Shown piece by piece: positions 59,221 through 64,000 of a stretch of 64,000 nt of DNA. The notes under the pieces were generated by a model. The model was given only the letters and a program-made list of their open reading frames with translations, searched no databases and was not told the DNA's origin. Position numbers and translations under genes: made by a program. Position 1 is the first letter of the stretch. Each line of letters opens with the position of its first letter. The stretch is from Zygnema circumcarinatum SAG 698-1b (Eukaryota; Plantae; Zygnematophyceae), in the NCBI GenBank assembly GCA_037447605.1, contig CM074814.1, positions 2,046,001 through 2,110,000 of the forward strand, in the 5' to 3' direction.

Positions 59221-62200
59221 TCAGCCGACCAACTCGCTGATGGGGGGCCGGTCCATGAGCTTGGCAGCCTTCTTTGCCACTTGCCACACGGATGGGTCCA
59301 CAACGGAAAGATGGGGAATCTGCAGGGGGAGAAACTGCAATCAGATAGATGGGCACAGCTTTGGGAACATGGAAAAACCTCAGCTGCTCAAAGTAGTGGG
59401 AGTTCGTGAGCTTCCAGTACGTTGACTACTGTAACGGGAGCCCATGCTTTATTTTAACTTATAATACTGAAAAGCAAACGGTGATGAACGCATTAACAAT
59501 TGAAAACATGCTTTCCCAGCAGCTAAGAACAAACGGAAAAGAGACTCCTAGAATGAGGGGGGTCCTAGAATGGCATTTTTGAACCAAATGTCTCATAAAG
59601 TGAGAATGTACCGACCCACTACAGACCTGGTTGAGAAGGTCAATCGTTCGTCGAAGCAGGCGGGCTGCGTCACCTTCATCCATATTGCAGTCAGCCATAA
59701 GCTCCTTCCAGCTCAATCCCGACGACCAAGCCTCCACAAGGCCTGCAAACTGCAGATCCATAACACATGGAATCTGGAACGCACAGTACAACCAAACGCA
59801 AACTGAGGAGCAGTTCCATGGTACTCCAAAATATGCCTTCCTCCTTGATAGAGGTTGCTTATTTTGAGAACTACTGGTTTCAGATTAACGCATTGTCTTC
59901 ATGACTAGGAGGCTCCGTTTATTGTATACGCACTTGACTATTTGACGAGCCATCTCAGCCCTCATGAACTTCACCATAGAAGTGAGTAACAGTTTCTAGG
60001 CTTTTGGTTGACTAAGGGAACAGCAAACCCTTGAACCCTTGAAGATCATTCTGAACTTTCTTCCCGCCCTCTGCAAAGCATAAATCGCACAATTCACTTA
60101 CTTCCACGCCTTCAACCATCTGCAACTGCTCCAATTGCTCGCGCTTCTCCACTGATGAATTGTACCAATCAATGACTGCTTGTGAGGGCTCATAATCATA
60201 CGTATTCCTGCCACGAATGAATGCCAGACATGAAAATCTCAACTTCAGCGAGTATTCAGCATAACAACATGAAAAACAAAAGAGAAAAAGGAATACAAAG
60301 TGGACAGCAGTCCGATGATCAAAGGTGATTCAGCAAACGAGGCAGTAAAGTGTTAAGTTTGTTAAACACTACTGTTGGGTGTTATGATCATACAGATATT
60401 GTTTTTGCTACGCACAAACACAAGGTAAAGAACCCCTAAAGATCTTAAAGCCATACATAAGCACACCTCTTGCTTTTGCTGCCTAGTAAACGAGTGATCC
60501 TTTACTTTCTTGAACCCCGTTTTTATCTCACAGCTTTACCCCATTCAGCCAATTCCTTGTTTGACATTCAAAAAAACAAGATATACTAACTAGAGAAGTG
60601 CAAATTTGTGCTTAGTTAAGTGAACCGTCTACACTCTCTGAAACACTTGCCTGTTCCGTGTCTCTGATTGGACCTTAATACCATCCGACACTAAGGCTGC
60701 ACAGACCGCTGCCAACTGTGCAGGGAGGAGAGAGGAGAGGGAGGAGTCAGTGAGAGCCAATGCTAGCCAAAGCTCATTCGCCCCTCTAATGGCTGCTGCT
60801 GCTTGCCCTAATGGGAGGAGAATCCTTTTTTCCATATCCACAGCTCGAGCACGTCGCAATACATTCACCACCTGCATCCTCCCCTCCTTCATTCCCCTTA
60901 ACAGAGCTGCACTCTCTCTCTCTCTTCTCTCCATCACTCCCTCTCTTCTCTCTTCCAGCGGAGAGGAGTTTCAAGCAAAGGACCAGTTTTGCCGCTCTCA
61001 GAATCGCCAGGTTTCATGCATGTTTTCCCACCCATGGGTCGTCACATTTCATTACAATTTTGTTCAGACAGGTTTCAGAGGGATTAGCTTTTAGGGTTTT
61101 TTTGGGTTCTGCGTTTGAGTTAATTGATGCTCAGATTAGAGAAACTCCCGTCTCCTCCATTTCTCTCACCTGCACAAACTCCGTCCATCCTGCAGGCTGC
61201 ATCTTATTCAGCCGCTCCCTTAATCGCCCTATCTTCGACTGCACGTAAACGAGCTTGTCATTTCTCTGCCGCTGCTGCTGAATCAACTGCTGATGCTCCC
61301 TATAACCCACAGTATTCTTCATCTGCTTTCTTAAAACAGACACTCTCTTCCTTTGTTCTCCCAAATTCTCCTCCAATTCCATCAGCTCGTCACTCTCCTG
61401 CAGGACCCCACCACCCCAATCTCCTTCACACCAATCAGCAGTCACACTTTAATCCATTTTTCTACCACCAAAGCTCTGAGCTTCCTCCGACGATTCACGA
61501 CTTTGAGAATGTCTCCCTCTTCCCCCTTCTACAATACATGTGAAGCAATTGAAAGCTAACCTCTCAGATAAAGTCATCCCCAAGAAGCCCACACTTTCCC
61601 ATGCTTTCCCTGCAATACAAGGGCTTCAATTGTGGCGTAATTCTCACTTGCATAATGGGGCTGCCCAGCTCTCCCAGCATTGGGAGCAAAGAACTCCATG
61701 GCCAGCTATCCATAGACCCATCTGCACACCATATAGTGCCCCATTCTCCTGCTGCCGATACCGACTTTCCTATGGGAGCCCATGCTCGGCTGCCAAGTCT
61801 CAGCCTCTCTCTCAGAGGTGGGTTTTTTGCCGTTGGCCATTGAGAAGCCATAGCTTCTGAGATTCTATGTATGCTGTTTACAGCTGCCCCAGTAAACACA
61901 TACCAGTAGTTGTCGGCACCGAGAGCAACGTGATAGGATGCCTCTTGAGGTTGATCGAATGGGGAGAGAAGGGGTTCTGAGATTTGATCTGACTCGTTTA
62001 AAGTGGTCTCTGTGAGATTCTGAAAATCAACGGCTCTGCTGCTCCTATCGCTGCTGGATGGTAGGCTATCATCGTCGTCGTCCTCTGTTTCCTGCATACA
62101 AGCCAATTTGCAGTGCCCTTTCAAACTGCTTTGCAGCGCCCCCCCCCCCTCCCCTCCCCTCCCCTCTCTCTCTCTCTCTCTCTCTCTCCCTCTCTCTCTC

Positions 62201-63929
62201 TCTCTCTCCCCCTTCAGGTAGTCTATGCTTGTGCCATTTCTCCACAGTTGGACAATTCACCCTCCTGGGCAAAACATGCATTTACAAAACAGTCTGAAAT
62301 GGTCCTTTCCTTTCCTTTCCTTGCCCTTCCCTTTCCACTGAAATCAACCCCAACCCAGCCCACATTCACTCCCCTTTCCCAAACGGCTATATGGGTTGAC
62401 TACGCACTCTGTCCTCATCCGTAACAAAGAACGGCCGGGGAATGCGGTCCACATAGAGGGCCGGAATCTCCCGCTGCTGCCCAATGCGAGCATCTTCATA
62501 TGTCACTACCACTATTGCAGACCCCTCTCTCGCCATATGGGCCAATTGAGGCTCCACCAAAGCCGTACGCCTTCTAGAAACTTCCTCCCGTAGAGCACGC
62601 ATCTTGATCTTTTCGTTCTGCATTCCATCTCTCCGGACACCATAATGCATGATGTGCATTCAAGATATAGATGGTGGATGACTATATGATCAGGAGATGT
62701 CTATAATGGCTTACTGGAAGTTTTGAATATGATGTTATTGCCCAGAGAACTCATAAAATACTAAATGATGCGTTTTGCGCTTCACGATGTGCGAACATGC
62801 TTATGGCATATATCTTCACCATGTCTCTGCTGATGAAAGCATATGAATTGCATCAAAAGCAAGAGTACAGCAAGAGTATCTTCCCATATGATACAGTTTA
62901 GAGATGAAAGCAGCACTCACCCGCATCTTAAATTTGTAGCTTAGATAGTGCTCCCAAATGCTCTCCTCAATCCGCCCCTCAAACCCTCTTGCTTCCTCCA
63001 TTTCCTTGGAACTTTCTAACGTTGCTGCTTGATCTTCCAGCCTTTGAAGCCGCTTGCGAGCCTTAACCACCACCTGTAATAGCTCAGTGAAGCACTCAGT
63101 AAAAGGTAGATTGTCGGACATTTTGACTTGCGAATATAAAGAGAGAGCCTGTTCTATTAGTTACCTTGATGTATTCCCAAACTTCGAATGTATGTTGGTA
63201 ACATGTCAGATCCCCACTACCACTTTTACTATGTTCAGCCTCTCATTCCATTCTTCTATGATTGCTTGGCAACTGCGATGTATTTGTTGGTTTGTTGCAC
63301 ACAAGAGACTATGAAATAGTGGAACTATAACTCTTGTCATTTCTCTATATTGGCAATCAAGTTATTCTCTTATTCAGTTCAATTTAAGAAGCCCCAGAAG
63401 TTCACGAAAAGCACGATCCATAAGATGCTTCACTATTTTGATCAGAAAAACAAATACCCGTCAAAGCACTCAAATTTGAGATGAGTCTTCTTCATCTCAT
63501 CGTGGAAGAGTTTAACTCCTACTTCTGAGATGAAAGAGGAGCGCGTGTGGACTTATTTTCCTGTTTGAATTAAGCTCACCTCATTGCCCAGGTAATTCCC
63601 AAAGCTGCATTCTACAAGCCGCCTCGCTTCATCCATTGTACGGCCCATAGGAACATTGATATTCTCCTTCACTCCTTTCTTCTCCTCATCCTCTTTATCC
63701 ACACCCTTGGATAGCAGCAAGTTTCTAGTATCCTGTCAGGGTTAGAACAGGCCAAAACACTGTCAACAACTGCTCAGAAATCTCTCATGATCACATCCCA
63801 AACGACAGCTCTCACATTCAGTTGAGCTTACTCAAATCTTGTCAAAAGAAACTAATGGCTTAACTACCCATAATGTGCTTACCGACTCAGACCCAACTCA
63901 GCAGACATAGAGAGACAGAGTGGGGGAGC

Positions 63930-63961
<32 letters not shown>

Positions 63962-64000
63962 GAGAGCTGAAAGCTTACCGCCAAAAGGTTTAAAGCCATT
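59221..64000 (-). CDS. ISE2: Chloroplast DExH-box (Ski2-like) RNA helicase ISE2, 3' portion (5' end outside window)
   Basis: MALNLLA|...GRTMDEARRLVECSFGNYLG, YHVALGADNYWY, GANELWLALAL...LPAQLAAVCAALVSDG, WSSGLSWKELMADCNMDEGDAARLLRRTIDLLNQ|IPHL...MDRPPISELVG*. Confidence 0.92.

Overview
Eukaryotic nuclear scaffold from a streptophyte (charophyte alga or early-diverging land plant), inferred from plant-specific families and spliceosomal introns. There are two 10-N gaps, at 3978-3987 and 11299-11308. About 12 intron-containing genes could be modelled by hand: a standalone MLKL/RPW8-like four-helix-bundle protein, a TPR protein, DNA-3-methyladenine glycosylase I, a BRCT protein, DUF868, MPP-alpha, a DeSI/PPPDE peptidase, a TRAIP-like RING E3, a P-type PPR, FKBP18, an MESD-like ER protein and the 3' half of the ISE2 helicase. 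There is also an orphan last exon of a PCC13-62 desiccation protein. Between genes lie non-autonomous transposon relics: a MITE, an intact hAT element with 8-bp TSD, a Helitron and a Helentron-like composite. Most notable are the 154-aa four-helix-bundle-only gene, a U12 AT-AC intron in the BRCT gene, a minisatellite built from a 3' splice site in the PPR gene, a phased array of five MSA (AACGG) motifs, TTAGGG-type interstitial repeats, and a 4.56-kb palindrome centred on an N-gap (probably an assembly artefact). Family assignments come from recalled motifs, not database searches. No tRNA, rRNA or CRISPR array was recognised.
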